Assembly: GCA_046734695.1 (NCBI GenBank) | Contig: JBKPRS010000012.1 | Location: 1-39,118 of the forward strand | Length of the DNA stretch: 39,118 nucleotides | Source: Actinomycetota bacterium | GTDB taxonomy: Bacteria > Actinomycetota > Acidimicrobiia > Acidimicrobiales > VFJN01 | Reading direction: 5' to 3' | Part shown: piece by piece, positions 17,750 to 26,012 of the stretch | How the letters are laid out: every line of letters starts with the position of its first letter | Numbering within the stretch: position 1 is the stretch's first letter | Notes under the pieces: model-generated | What the model saw: only the letters and a program-made list of their open reading frames with translations | Told to the model about the DNA's origin: nothing | Databases searched by the model: none | Position numbers and translations under genes: made by a program

Positions 17750-19084
17750 TCAGCGGCCGAGGAAGCCCCGCTCGAAGATGTGGGCGGCCGCGTCGATGGT
17801 GGGGGCGGGCCGCTCCCGGGACCCGAAGGTGCTGAGCAGCGCCACGGCGATGACGGCCTCGGCGTCGACGTCCCCGAACCCCCGCGGCCGCAGCACGTGC
17901 GCCACCCGCCGCCGGCCCCAGTCGAACGCGGCGGTGGAGTCGGCGCGGTACGTGGCGTCGGAGGCCGCGGCCTCGGCCCATAGCCGGATGATGGCGGCCT
18001 CGCCGGCCTGGGTGGCGTTGTAGCGCCGCAGCCAGCGGCGCAGCGTGGCCGTGCCGGTCGCGCCGTCAGAGCTCCCGGTGGGGATGTCGACCAGAGCGGT
18101 CGACACCGTGCGGATGGCCTGCACCGCCAGGACCTGGGCGAACGCCTCCTTGGACTCGAAGTACCGGTAGAAGGCGCCGTGCGACAGCCCGGCGGCGGCC
18201 ACGACGTCGTTGATGCGGGTGTCGTGGTAGCCGCGCGCCACGAACAGCTCGCGCCCCGCGTCCGTGAGCGCAGCGAGGGTGCGCCGGCCCGCCGCGGTCA
18301 GGTCGCGGGTCCGGCCGTCGCCCTCCAGGGCGTCCCGCATGGAGGGACTGAAGCCCAGCACGGGCGGCCGGCGGCGGGCGGGCTCGTGCACGTTGACCGC
18401 CTGGAGGCCGAACAGCGTGCGGTGCACGACGTCGGCCACCGCGTCCTCGATCCGCTCCCGGGCGTACGCCTCCGGGGCGGCGGCCCGCAGCATGCCGGCC
18501 ACGTCGAACGAGCGGGGCAGGCACTCCAGCAGTAGCGCGATCACCGGGTCGAGCTGCCGGGGCGGGAGGGTGGCGTCGGCCAGCCGGGAGCGGAAGGCCG
18601 CGACGTGCCGCTCACCGAGGCTGGCCGCGCCGCCGGACACCGCGGCGTCGCTCTCGGCCGCGGTCTGGAACACCAGGAAGACGGGCTCGTAGCGGTCGTA
18701 GATGTCGGCGTAGCGGGCCACCCAGGCCCGGATCGAGCGCCAGCCGTCCTCGTCCGGCGTGAGCAGGCCGAGCGCCTCGGTCGACGCCCTCATCTGCCGG
18801 GCGACCTGGCCGGCCAGGTGGCGGAACACGTCCTCCTTGCCCGAGAAGTACTGGTAGAAGGATGCCCGGGAGCAGCCGGCCAGCTCGGTGATCCGGGCCA
18901 CGCCGCACTGGTGGTAGCCGTCCTCGCCGAACACCTTCAGCGCGGCGTCGACGATGCGCTGCTGGGTCCGCTGGCCGCGGGCGCCCACCCGGGGGTTGTC
19001 GGAGAACGGGGCGCGGCGGACGACCATGTCCGCCACGGTGTCCGCGGCGCCGTCGCCGGATGCCTCCGGCCTACTGGTCGGCAC
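17750..19084 (-). CDS. TetR/AcrR family regulator with two tandem TetR units
   Basis: Two HTH regions, RGQRTQQRIVDAA...GCSRASFYQYFSGKE and AGRRTLAALTDAG...GLSHGAFYRYFESKE. Alternative start at 19027. Confidence 0.9.
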   Translation of the reverse strand: MPTSRPEASGDGAADTVADMVVRRAPFSDNPRVGARGQRTQQRIVDAALKVFGEDGYHQCGVARITELAGCSRASFYQYFSGKEDVFRHLAGQVARQMRASTEALGLLTPDEDGWRSIRAWVARYADIYDRYEPVFLVFQTAAESDAAVSGGAASLGERHVAAFRSRLADATLPPRQLDPVIALLLECLPRSFDVAGMLRAAAPEAYARERIEDAVADVVHRTLFGLQAVNVHEPARRRPPVLGFSPSMRDALEGDGRTRDLTAAGRRTLAALTDAGRELFVARGYHDTRINDVVAAAGLSHGAFYRYFESKEAFAQVLAVQAIRTVSTALVDIPTGSSDGATGTATLRRWLRRYNATQAGEAAIIRLWAEAAASDATYRADSTAAFDWGRRRVAHVLRPRGFGDVDAEAVIAVALLSTFGSRERPAPTIDAAAHIFERGFLGR

Positions 19085-19979
19085 GGACCTTGTCCTTGAC
19101 GGCGTTGACGATCGGCGGGGCCTCCTTCCAGTTGGGGATCCCCGCGTCCTCCTTGGCGATCGGGTACTTGTCGTCGTTGACCTGGGCCCAGTGCGAGTGG
19201 TTCAGCTCGTGCATCGTGAAGCAGGCGTTGAGCGCGTTGTAGAAGCCCATGTTGTCGACGCTCTGGTTGACCGCCTCCTTGATGAGCAGCGCGCTCATCG
19301 TGGGGACCCGGGCGATGCGCTGGGCGAACTCCACGGTCCGGTCGGCCAGCTCGTCGCCGGGGAACACCTTGGTCACCATGCCGAGCGCATGGGCCTCGTC
19401 GGCGTCGATGGCGTCCCCGGTGAGCAGCAGCTCCTTGGCCTTGCGGGGCCCGAACTCCCAGGGGTGGGCGAAGTACTCGACGCCGCACATGCCCAGCCGG
19501 GTGCCGACCACGTCGGCGAAGCGGGTGCCCTCGGCCGCCACGATGAGGTCGCACGCCCACAGCAGCATCAGGGCCGCGGCGTAGACGTCGCCGTGGGCCT
19601 GGCCGATCGTGATCTTGCGCAGGTTGCGCCAGCGCCGGGTGTTCTCGAAGAAGTAGTGCCACTCCTGCAGCATCAGGTTCTCGGCGCCCTTGCGAGTGCC
19701 GCCGTTTATGTTGCGGGTGGGGTGCTGGTTGGGGCCGGGGGCGTACTCCTCCAGCGAGACCTTCGAGCCCATGTCGTGGCCCGACGAGAACATGGGGCCC
19801 ACGCCGCCGAGGATCACGACCCGCACCTCGTCGTCGGCCTCGGCCTGCATGAAGGCGTCGTTGAGCTCGACGAGCATCCCGCGGTTCTGGGCGTTGCGGG
19901 CCTCGGGCCGGTTGAGCATGATGCGTGCGATCCGCCCCTCGTCGAGCGTCTCGTACTGCACGAACTTGTACTCGGGCAT
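19071..19979 (-). CDS. Enoyl-CoA hydratase/crotonase family protein
   Basis: LNRPEARNAQ, FSSGHDM, WACDLIVAAE, KAKELLLTG; GGAGG RBS. Confidence 0.92.
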   Translation of the reverse strand: MPEYKFVQYETLDEGRIARIMLNRPEARNAQNRGMLVELNDAFMQAEADDEVRVVILGGVGPMFSSGHDMGSKVSLEEYAPGPNQHPTRNINGGTRKGAENLMLQEWHYFFENTRRWRNLRKITIGQAHGDVYAAALMLLWACDLIVAAEGTRFADVVGTRLGMCGVEYFAHPWEFGPRKAKELLLTGDAIDADEAHALGMVTKVFPGDELADRTVEFAQRIARVPTMSALLIKEAVNQSVDNMGFYNALNACFTMHELNHSHWAQVNDDKYPIAKEDAGIPNWKEAPPIVNAVKDKVRADQ

Positions 19980-20028
19980 CGTCCCTCCGGATGCAAGGCC
20001 AGCGGTGCCTGTGCGGCCCTTCGGGGTG

Positions 20029-20043
20029 TGACCCTACTGTTAG
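20029..20043. promoter_or_regulatory. Operator-like motif A, copy 4 (TGACCCTACTGTTAG)
   Basis: In the divergent region between the hydratase-TetR operon and the small protein-ligase operon. Confidence 0.7.
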
Positions 20044-20078
20044 ACGGCGCTGACCGCACGAACTAGGATTGCCTGCTC

Positions 20079-20387
20079 ATGGAACTGCGACCGGGACAGA
20101 AGCTGCACAGCGCCGTGAGCGACGCGCAGGTGGTCGTCGTCAGGGCGCCGTCGGCCGATGTCGCGCTCGCCTGCGGGGGCGCGCCCCTGTTGGCCGACGG
20201 CGAGGAGGGCGACGGCACGGCCGCGCTCGACGCCTCGCTGGGCGACGGGCCCCTGCTCGGGAAGCGCTACGTGGACGACGAGGCGGGCCTGGAGCTGCTG
20301 TGCACGCGGCCCGGCGAGGGCGCGCTGACGGCCGACGGCCGGCCGCTGACCGTCAAGGGCGCCAAGCCCCTGCCCGCCTCCGACTGA
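20079..20387 (+). CDS. Small hypothetical protein with internal desulforedoxin-like pseudo-repeat
   Basis: 102 aa, good codon bias, two similar halves ending GGAPL / DGRPL, C-terminus KPLPASD, 1 nt from the ligase start. Confidence 0.8.
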   Translation: MELRPGQKLHSAVSDAQVVVVRAPSADVALACGGAPLLADGEEGDGTAALDASLGDGPLLGKRYVDDEAGLELLCTRPGEGALTADGRPLTVKGAKPLPASD

Positions 20388-20388
20388 C

Positions 20389-21867
20389 GTGAACCTGCTG
20401 CTCCTGCTGGACATGGTCGCCGCGGGCCGCGGCGACGAGATCGTGGTGCAGGCCGGGGACGTCCGGCTGACCGCCGCCGAGCTGCTGGCCGCGGCGTGGG
20501 GCGGCAGTGGGCTGGTCGGGGGCGCGGCCGCGCTGGCCTACGTCGGCCCCAACGACCTCACCTTCCCCATCGGGTTGTTCGCGGCCGCGGCCGCGGGCGT
20601 GCCCTTCGTCCCGCTGAACTACCGGTTGAGCGTCGAGCAGCTCCACGACCTGCTGGTCCCCCTGGGCGAGACCCTGGTGGTGGCCCAGGGCGACGCGGCC
20701 GAGGCGCTGTCGGCCAAGGGCCACCGGGTCGTCGGGGCGGCCGACTTCGTGGCCACGGCCCGCGCCGGCGGGGAAGGCGACGTGCCCGCCGACGGCGAGG
20801 GCGAGGCCGTCCTGCTCTACACCAGCGGCACGACCGCCGCGCCCAAGGCCGCGGTGCTGCGCCACCGTCACCTGGCCGCCTACGTGGTCGAGACCGTCGA
20901 GTTCGCGGGCGCCGGGCCCGACGAGGCCGTGCTCGTGAGCGTGCCGCCGTACCACGTCGCCGGCCTCGCCAACCTGCTGAGCAACCTGTACGCGGGGCGC
21001 CGGGTCGTCTACCTGTCCCAGTTCGACGCGGCCGAGTGGGTCGCCGCGGTGCGCCGGGAGGGGATCACCAACGCCATGGTGGTGCCCACCATGCTGGCCC
21101 GCATCTGCGACGCGCTGGAGGACGGCAGCGCCGGCCTCCCCACCCTGCGGGCGCTGTCCTACGGCGGGGCCCGCACACCGGCCACCGTGCTGGAACGGGC
21201 GATGCAGCTGCTGCCCGACGTCGCCTTCACCAACGCCTACGGCCTCACCGAGACCAGCTCGACCATCGCGGTGCTGGGCCCCGACGACCACCGGGCCGCC
21301 CGCGACGGCGATCCCATCGCCATCGCCCGCCTGGGCTCGGCGGGGCGGGTGCTGCCCGGCGTCGAGGTCGAGGTCCGGGACCCGCTCGGCGAGCCGCTGC
21401 CCACCGGCGAGCCCGGCGAGATCTGGGTGCGGGGCGAGCAGGTGTCGGGAGAGTACGCCGGCCGGGAGGCCCCGCTGGACGCCGAGGGCTGGTTCCCCAC
21501 CCGCGACCGCGGCTGGCTCGACGCCGAGGGCTACCTGTTCGTCGAGGGCCGCAGCGACGACACGATCATCCGGGGCGGCGAGAACATCGCCCCGGCCGAG
21601 ATCGAGGAGGTGCTGCTCCAGCACCCCGGCATCGCGCAGTGCGCGGTCGTGGGCGTCCCCGACGAGGAGTGGGGCCAGCGCATCGCCGCGGTGGTGGTGC
21701 CCCGGACGGGCGTCACCCTGGACGCCGCCGAGGTCCAGGAGTTCGCCCGGCGCTCGCTGCGGGGCTCGAAGACGCCCGAGATCGTCAGCTTCGTGGACGC
21801 CCTGCCGTTCACCGAGACCGGCAAGCTGCTCCGGCGCGTCGTCCAGGCCGACCTGCTACCCTCGTAG
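20389..21867 (+). CDS. Acyl-CoA synthetase / class I adenylate-forming enzyme
   Basis: YTSGTTAAPK P-loop, AYGLTE, TRDRG, GRSDDTIIRGGENI, TGKLLR. Confidence 0.93.
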   Translation: MNLLLLLDMVAAGRGDEIVVQAGDVRLTAAELLAAAWGGSGLVGGAAALAYVGPNDLTFPIGLFAAAAAGVPFVPLNYRLSVEQLHDLLVPLGETLVVAQGDAAEALSAKGHRVVGAADFVATARAGGEGDVPADGEGEAVLLYTSGTTAAPKAAVLRHRHLAAYVVETVEFAGAGPDEAVLVSVPPYHVAGLANLLSNLYAGRRVVYLSQFDAAEWVAAVRREGITNAMVVPTMLARICDALEDGSAGLPTLRALSYGGARTPATVLERAMQLLPDVAFTNAYGLTETSSTIAVLGPDDHRAARDGDPIAIARLGSAGRVLPGVEVEVRDPLGEPLPTGEPGEIWVRGEQVSGEYAGREAPLDAEGWFPTRDRGWLDAEGYLFVEGRSDDTIIRGGENIAPAEIEEVLLQHPGIAQCAVVGVPDEEWGQRIAAVVVPRTGVTLDAAEVQEFARRSLRGSKTPEIVSFVDALPFTETGKLLRRVVQADLLPS

Positions 21868-21882
21868 TGACCCGGTTGTTAG
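21868..21882. promoter_or_regulatory. Operator-like motif A, copy 5 (TGACCCGGTTGTTAG)
   Basis: Directly after the ligase stop and upstream of the second amidohydrolase. Confidence 0.65.
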
Positions 21883-21885
21883 TTT

Positions 21886-21915
21886 TTGCAGTTGTGAGAT
21901 TTGCAGTTGTGAGAT
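21886..21915. repeat. Perfect tandem duplication of the 15-bp unit TTGCAGTTGTGAGAT
   Basis: Copies at 21886-21900 and 21901-21915; AT-rich relative to the flanks. Confidence 0.9.
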
Positions 21916-21937
21916 TCGCCCGCCAGGGGGTTGGCCC

Positions 21938-23215
21938 GTGAACATCGACGACATGGTGCTCGTGAGCGTGGACGACCATGTGGTCGAGCCGCCGCACGTG
22001 TTCGAGGGACGGCTTCCCGCCAAGTACGCCGACCTGGCGCCCAAGTTCGTGACCCGTGCCGACGGCACCAACGCCTGGGTCTACGAGGGCCAGGAGATCA
22101 GCAACGTCGCGCTCAACGCCGTGGCCGGCCGGCCGCCCGAGGAGTACGGCATGGAGCCGACCTCCTTCGCCGAGCTGCGGGCCGGTTGCTACGACATCGA
22201 CGAGCGGGTCAAGGACATGGACGCCAACGGCGTCCTGGGCTCGCTGTGCTTCCCGTCGTTCCCGCAGTTCTGCGGCCAGCTGTTCGCCCGCACCGAGGAC
22301 AAGGACGTGGCCCTGGCCATGGTCCGGGCCTACAACGACTGGCACATCGAGGACTGGTGCGGCTCCCATCCCGGGCGCTTCATCCCCTGCTCGCTCCCGG
22401 CCATCTGGGATCCCCAGGTGCTGGCGGACGAGGTGCGCCGCACGGCCCGCATGGGCGCCCACGCCGTGACGTTCTCGGAGAACCCGTCCAAGCTGGGCTG
22501 GCCGAGCTTCCACTCCGACCACTGGGACCCGTTTTGGCGCACCTGTTCCGACGAGGGCGTCGTCGTCTGCCTGCACATCGGCTCGTCGTCGCAGCTGGTC
22601 ATCACCGCCCCCGACGCGCCCATCGACTGCCTGATCACGCTGACGCCCATCAACATCGTCCAGGCCGCGGCCGACCTGATCTGGTCACCCGTGCTGCGGG
22701 GCTTCCCGGACCTGAAGATCGCACTGTCCGAGGGTGGCATCGGCTGGATCCCATACTTCCTCGAACGGGTGGACTACAACTACCGCCGCCACCACGCCTG
22801 GACCGGGCAGGACTTCGGCGACAAGCTGCCGAGCGAGGTCTTCAACGAGCGCATCCTCACGTGCTTCATCGACGACAAGTTCGGGGTGGCTTCGCGCCGG
22901 TTCCTGAACATGGACCATGTGATGTGGGAGTGCGACTACCCCCACTCCGACTCCACGTGGCCCTTCGCCCCGGAGGAGCTGGCCACCAGCCTCGACGGGG
23001 TCAGCGACCACGACGTGGACCGGATGACGCACCTCAACGCCATGAAGCACTTCCGCTACGACCCGTTCGGCGCGCTGGGCGGGAAGGAAGAGTGCACGGT
23101 GGGAGCGCTGCGGGCCAAGGCCGCGGGCCACGACGTCTCCATCCGCTCGGTCAACCGCGACAAGATCGGCCAGCACGCCTCCCGCGCGGTCGACCTCGCG
23201 GTCCCCGGCAGCTGA
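21938..23215 (+). CDS. Amidohydrolase family protein (Amidohydro_2)
   Basis: SVDDH, RAYNDW, CLHIG, LSEGGIGW and ECDYPHSD motifs. Confidence 0.92.
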   Translation: MNIDDMVLVSVDDHVVEPPHVFEGRLPAKYADLAPKFVTRADGTNAWVYEGQEISNVALNAVAGRPPEEYGMEPTSFAELRAGCYDIDERVKDMDANGVLGSLCFPSFPQFCGQLFARTEDKDVALAMVRAYNDWHIEDWCGSHPGRFIPCSLPAIWDPQVLADEVRRTARMGAHAVTFSENPSKLGWPSFHSDHWDPFWRTCSDEGVVVCLHIGSSSQLVITAPDAPIDCLITLTPINIVQAAADLIWSPVLRGFPDLKIALSEGGIGWIPYFLERVDYNYRRHHAWTGQDFGDKLPSEVFNERILTCFIDDKFGVASRRFLNMDHVMWECDYPHSDSTWPFAPEELATSLDGVSDHDVDRMTHLNAMKHFRYDPFGALGGKEECTVGALRAKAAGHDVSIRSVNRDKIGQHASRAVDLAVPGS

Positions 23216-23233
23216 CTCGACCGGCCCGGCGCC

Positions 23234-24214
23234 CTAGGCGGGGTCGTCGAGGCGGGGGATGACCTTGGTGGCGACCAGCTCCAGGCTCTCCCAGGCGAGG
23301 TCGGGGTCGAGGCCGCCCATCAGCGGGTGGAGCAGGAGCGCGCCGGTCTCGCGCACCATGGCCAGGCACTCGTCGGGGGTCACGACCAGGTAGTCGCCCC
23401 GGGTCCGCAGCGCGTCGGGATCGTCGCATACGGCGTAGGGGCCGCGGGCGTCGGAGCTGGTCAGCCAGCGGCCGTAGGAGTTCGTCTCGTGCATGGCGTG
23501 GGGGGCGATGCGGGCCCAGGCCTGGTCGGGATCGTCGGCCACGTGGATGAACCGGGGCCCGTCGAGCGCCGGGGCCGGCCCGGCCTCCCGGCCGTGCTCC
23601 CGGCAGGCGTCGGCGTACGCCGGCCACACGGAGCTGTCGACGGGGACGAACCCCAGGCCGAGGCGGGCCGCCCGCCGGGCCGCAGCCGGGGTGGAGCCGC
23701 CCATGAGCAGGCCCGGGCCTTCGGGGCGGAAGGGCCGGGGCGTGACGCGGACCCGGCGGCCGCGGTAGTCGAACTCCTCGCCCGTCCAGGCCGAGCGCAG
23801 GGCGGCGAGGCCCTCCTCGACCAGGGCGCCCCGCTCGCTCATCTGCCGGTCGAACATGGCCAGCTCCTCGGGCCGGTAGCCGGCGCCGATCACGAGGTCG
23901 ATCCGCCCGCCGCTCACGAGGTCCAGCACGGCCAGGTCCTCGGCCAGGCGGAGCGGGTCGTACAGCGGAAGGATCAGCGCGGCCACCAGCACCCGCAGGC
24001 TCCGGGTGCGGCCCAGCACCGCGGCGGCCATCACCAGCGGCGAGGGGCAGTAGCCGTCGTCGGAGCCGTGGTGCTCCGACAGCGTGGCCATCAGAAACCC
24101 GTGGTCCTCGGCCCAGGCGCACTGCTCCAGCGCCGCCCGGTACAGCGCCTCCGCGGGCACCCCGAACGACGGCGCCCGCAGGTCGTAGCGCAGGGACAGG
24201 AACGCCGCGCTCAT
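23234..24214 (-). CDS. LLM-class (luciferase-like) flavin-dependent oxidoreductase
   Basis: LSEHH, PLRLAEDLAVLDLVSGGR, GAGYRPEE, AARRAAR. Confidence 0.9.
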   Translation of the reverse strand: MSAAFLSLRYDLRAPSFGVPAEALYRAALEQCAWAEDHGFLMATLSEHHGSDDGYCPSPLVMAAAVLGRTRSLRVLVAALILPLYDPLRLAEDLAVLDLVSGGRIDLVIGAGYRPEELAMFDRQMSERGALVEEGLAALRSAWTGEEFDYRGRRVRVTPRPFRPEGPGLLMGGSTPAAARRAARLGLGFVPVDSSVWPAYADACREHGREAGPAPALDGPRFIHVADDPDQAWARIAPHAMHETNSYGRWLTSSDARGPYAVCDDPDALRTRGDYLVVTPDECLAMVRETGALLLHPLMGGLDPDLAWESLELVATKVIPRLDDPA

Positions 24215-24240
24215 CCCGTGCTCATCTTCCGTGATCCCTC

Positions 24241-24265
24241 CCCGGTCAGGTGACCGGGATGTTAG
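24241..24265. promoter_or_regulatory. Operator-like motif A, copy 6 (24251-24265, TGACCGGGATGTTAG) overlapping an 8-bp inverted repeat
   Basis: CCCGGTCA-GG-TGACCGGG at 24241-24258; upstream of the LLM gene. Confidence 0.65.
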
Positions 24266-24266
24266 T

Positions 24267-26012
24267 TCACGGGCAGAGCTCGGCGACCGCCTCGTGGGGG
24301 TCGGCGGGGATCCGCGTCCGGGTGTAGCTCACGCTGTGCCACATGTTGGACAGGAAGCGCCCGGGCGTCAGCGGCTCGTCGACCGCGTCGAGCAGGTCCC
24401 GCACCGGAGCGCACTGCAGCGCCTCGGCTGCATCCTTCACCGCCGCCGGGCTGTCCTCGGTCACCACGCCGAAGCGGGCGATGTACCACTCGTCGTCGAC
24501 CTGCTTGCGGTGCCCGGCCTGGCGTCCGGAGATCGGGTCGGTCCGGGCCGCCAGGGGCTCGGCCAGGCCGCCGATGTCGACCACCCAGACCTGCGTCCCC
24601 AGCTGGTAGGCGGGGACGCCGATGGAGCCGAGCGCGACCACCAGGGCATCCGGGTCGCGGCCCGTCTCCGGCAGGGGCTGCAGCGGCCGGATGTAGCCCC
24701 GCACGCCCTCGTCGTAGATGTCCTTGGCCAGGAAGCCGGTGGGCACCAGCTCGACGTCGGCGGGCTCGACGGTGGCCCCGAGGATCTGGCGCCAGTCCGC
24801 GATCTGGGGGATGCCGGGCGGCGGGGGCTCCGGCCGGAACGCCACGATGGCGACCACGGCCCACACCCCGGCGACCGCGCAGAGGGCGAAGGCGGGCAGG
24901 ACCCGGCCGCGCAGGATCACCCACGCGGGCAGGCCCAGGGCGAAGAACGCGGGCAGCAGCAGCCGCCCGTGCATGTAGTCGCCGCCCACCACGATGATGT
25001 ACGCACCGTGGATCCCCCCGGCGGCCAGCACGGCCAGCGTGGCCGTCCGGGCCCGCGGCTCCCGTTCGGCGGTCAGCCGCACCGCCACCGTCACCAGGAT
25101 GACGAGCAGGGGCAGCCAGAGGCGGTAGGGGCCCACGAAGTCGACCAGGTAGTTCCAGCCCTGGCCCAGGTGCAGCCCGTTGGCGTCCTTGGCCAGGGCC
25201 GTGTTGGGCACCACGCTGGCGTAGTAGCCCATCCGGAACACCTGCCAGAGCAGCGGCAGGAGGAACATCGCGCCCAGGTCGGCGACGAGCCGGCGTGGGC
25301 GCACCAGCACGAACCAGGCGACGACGAAGCAGACCATCATCACGCCCAGGTCCGGCCGCACCAGCGGCGCCAGCCCGATGACGGCGGCCGCGCCCGCACG
25401 TCGAGCCGCGGACCAGTCGGCGCCGGCGGAGCGCCCCGGCGCGACAGGCGACAGGGCCAGCCGGCAGAGCACGTACCAGCACGCCGCGATCCAGAGCCAC
25501 ACCAGGCTCATCTCCAGGCCCGAGGTGGCGAAGTCCCAGACCACCGCCACCGACGCGACCATGATCGGGCCGATCGGCACGACCGCGGTCTCGGGGTCGG
25601 GCGCCGCCAGCCGGGCGCAGCGGCCGGCCAGCGCGAAGGCGGCGATCGCGGCCACCAGGCACATGACGACCGAGATCCACTCCATCGACAGGGCCCAACC
25701 GAAGAGCAGGCGACCGATCGACAGCAGGCCGAGCCACAGCGGGCTGGTCCCGGCCTCGACCCGCTCGCCGGCGTTGAACACCAGCCCGTCCCCGGCGAAG
25801 AGGTTGTCGAGGATGCGGAAGTTGATGAACGCGTCCTCGTTGGTCCAGCGGTGGGCCCAGCCGCCGACCGCGATCATCACGGCCGGGACATAGGCGACCA
25901 GGGCGTAGAGCACCCGCCGCGGTGAGCGCGCCGGGGCCCGCTCCGGTGCCGGGGCCTCGACGGCGACCCCGGTCTCGGACTCGGCCTCGGTTGTGGGAGG
26001 CGCCTCGGTCAC
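24267..26012 (-). CDS. GT-C-type membrane glycosyltransferase, AftB (arabinofuranosyltransferase)-like
   Basis: HRWTNEDAFINFR...LVFNAGERVEAGTSPLW, FATSGLE, LVRPD, YYASVVPNTALAK and GGDYMHGRLLLP resemble AftB-family motifs. Start set at GTG 26012 (GTGA overlap). Confidence 0.8.
   Translation of the reverse strand: MTEAPPTTEAESETGVAVEAPAPERAPARSPRRVLYALVAYVPAVMIAVGGWAHRWTNEDAFINFRILDNLFAGDGLVFNAGERVEAGTSPLWLGLLSIGRLLFGWALSMEWISVVMCLVAAIAAFALAGRCARLAAPDPETAVVPIGPIMVASVAVVWDFATSGLEMSLVWLWIAACWYVLCRLALSPVAPGRSAGADWSAARRAGAAAVIGLAPLVRPDLGVMMVCFVVAWFVLVRPRRLVADLGAMFLLPLLWQVFRMGYYASVVPNTALAKDANGLHLGQGWNYLVDFVGPYRLWLPLLVILVTVAVRLTAEREPRARTATLAVLAAGGIHGAYIIVVGGDYMHGRLLLPAFFALGLPAWVILRGRVLPAFALCAVAGVWAVVAIVAFRPEPPPPGIPQIADWRQILGATVEPADVELVPTGFLAKDIYDEGVRGYIRPLQPLPETGRDPDALVVALGSIGVPAYQLGTQVWVVDIGGLAEPLAARTDPISGRQAGHRKQVDDEWYIARFGVVTEDSPAAVKDAAEALQCAPVRDLLDAVDEPLTPGRFLSNMWHSVSYTRTRIPADPHEAVAELCP

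Noticed and set aside
20051-20066. Additional partial motif A-like sites (20051, 28155, 29101, 8665, 11308)
   Set aside because: Wrong spacing or at least three mismatches; not counted without a PWM.
20079-21867. NRPS-like or RiPP biosynthetic cluster
   Set aside because: No phosphopantetheine carrier motif, condensation or KS domain, precursor peptide or exporter; the transporter is an importer.
21886-21915. CRISPR-like repeat
   Set aside because: Only two adjacent 15-bp units with no spacer and no cas genes.
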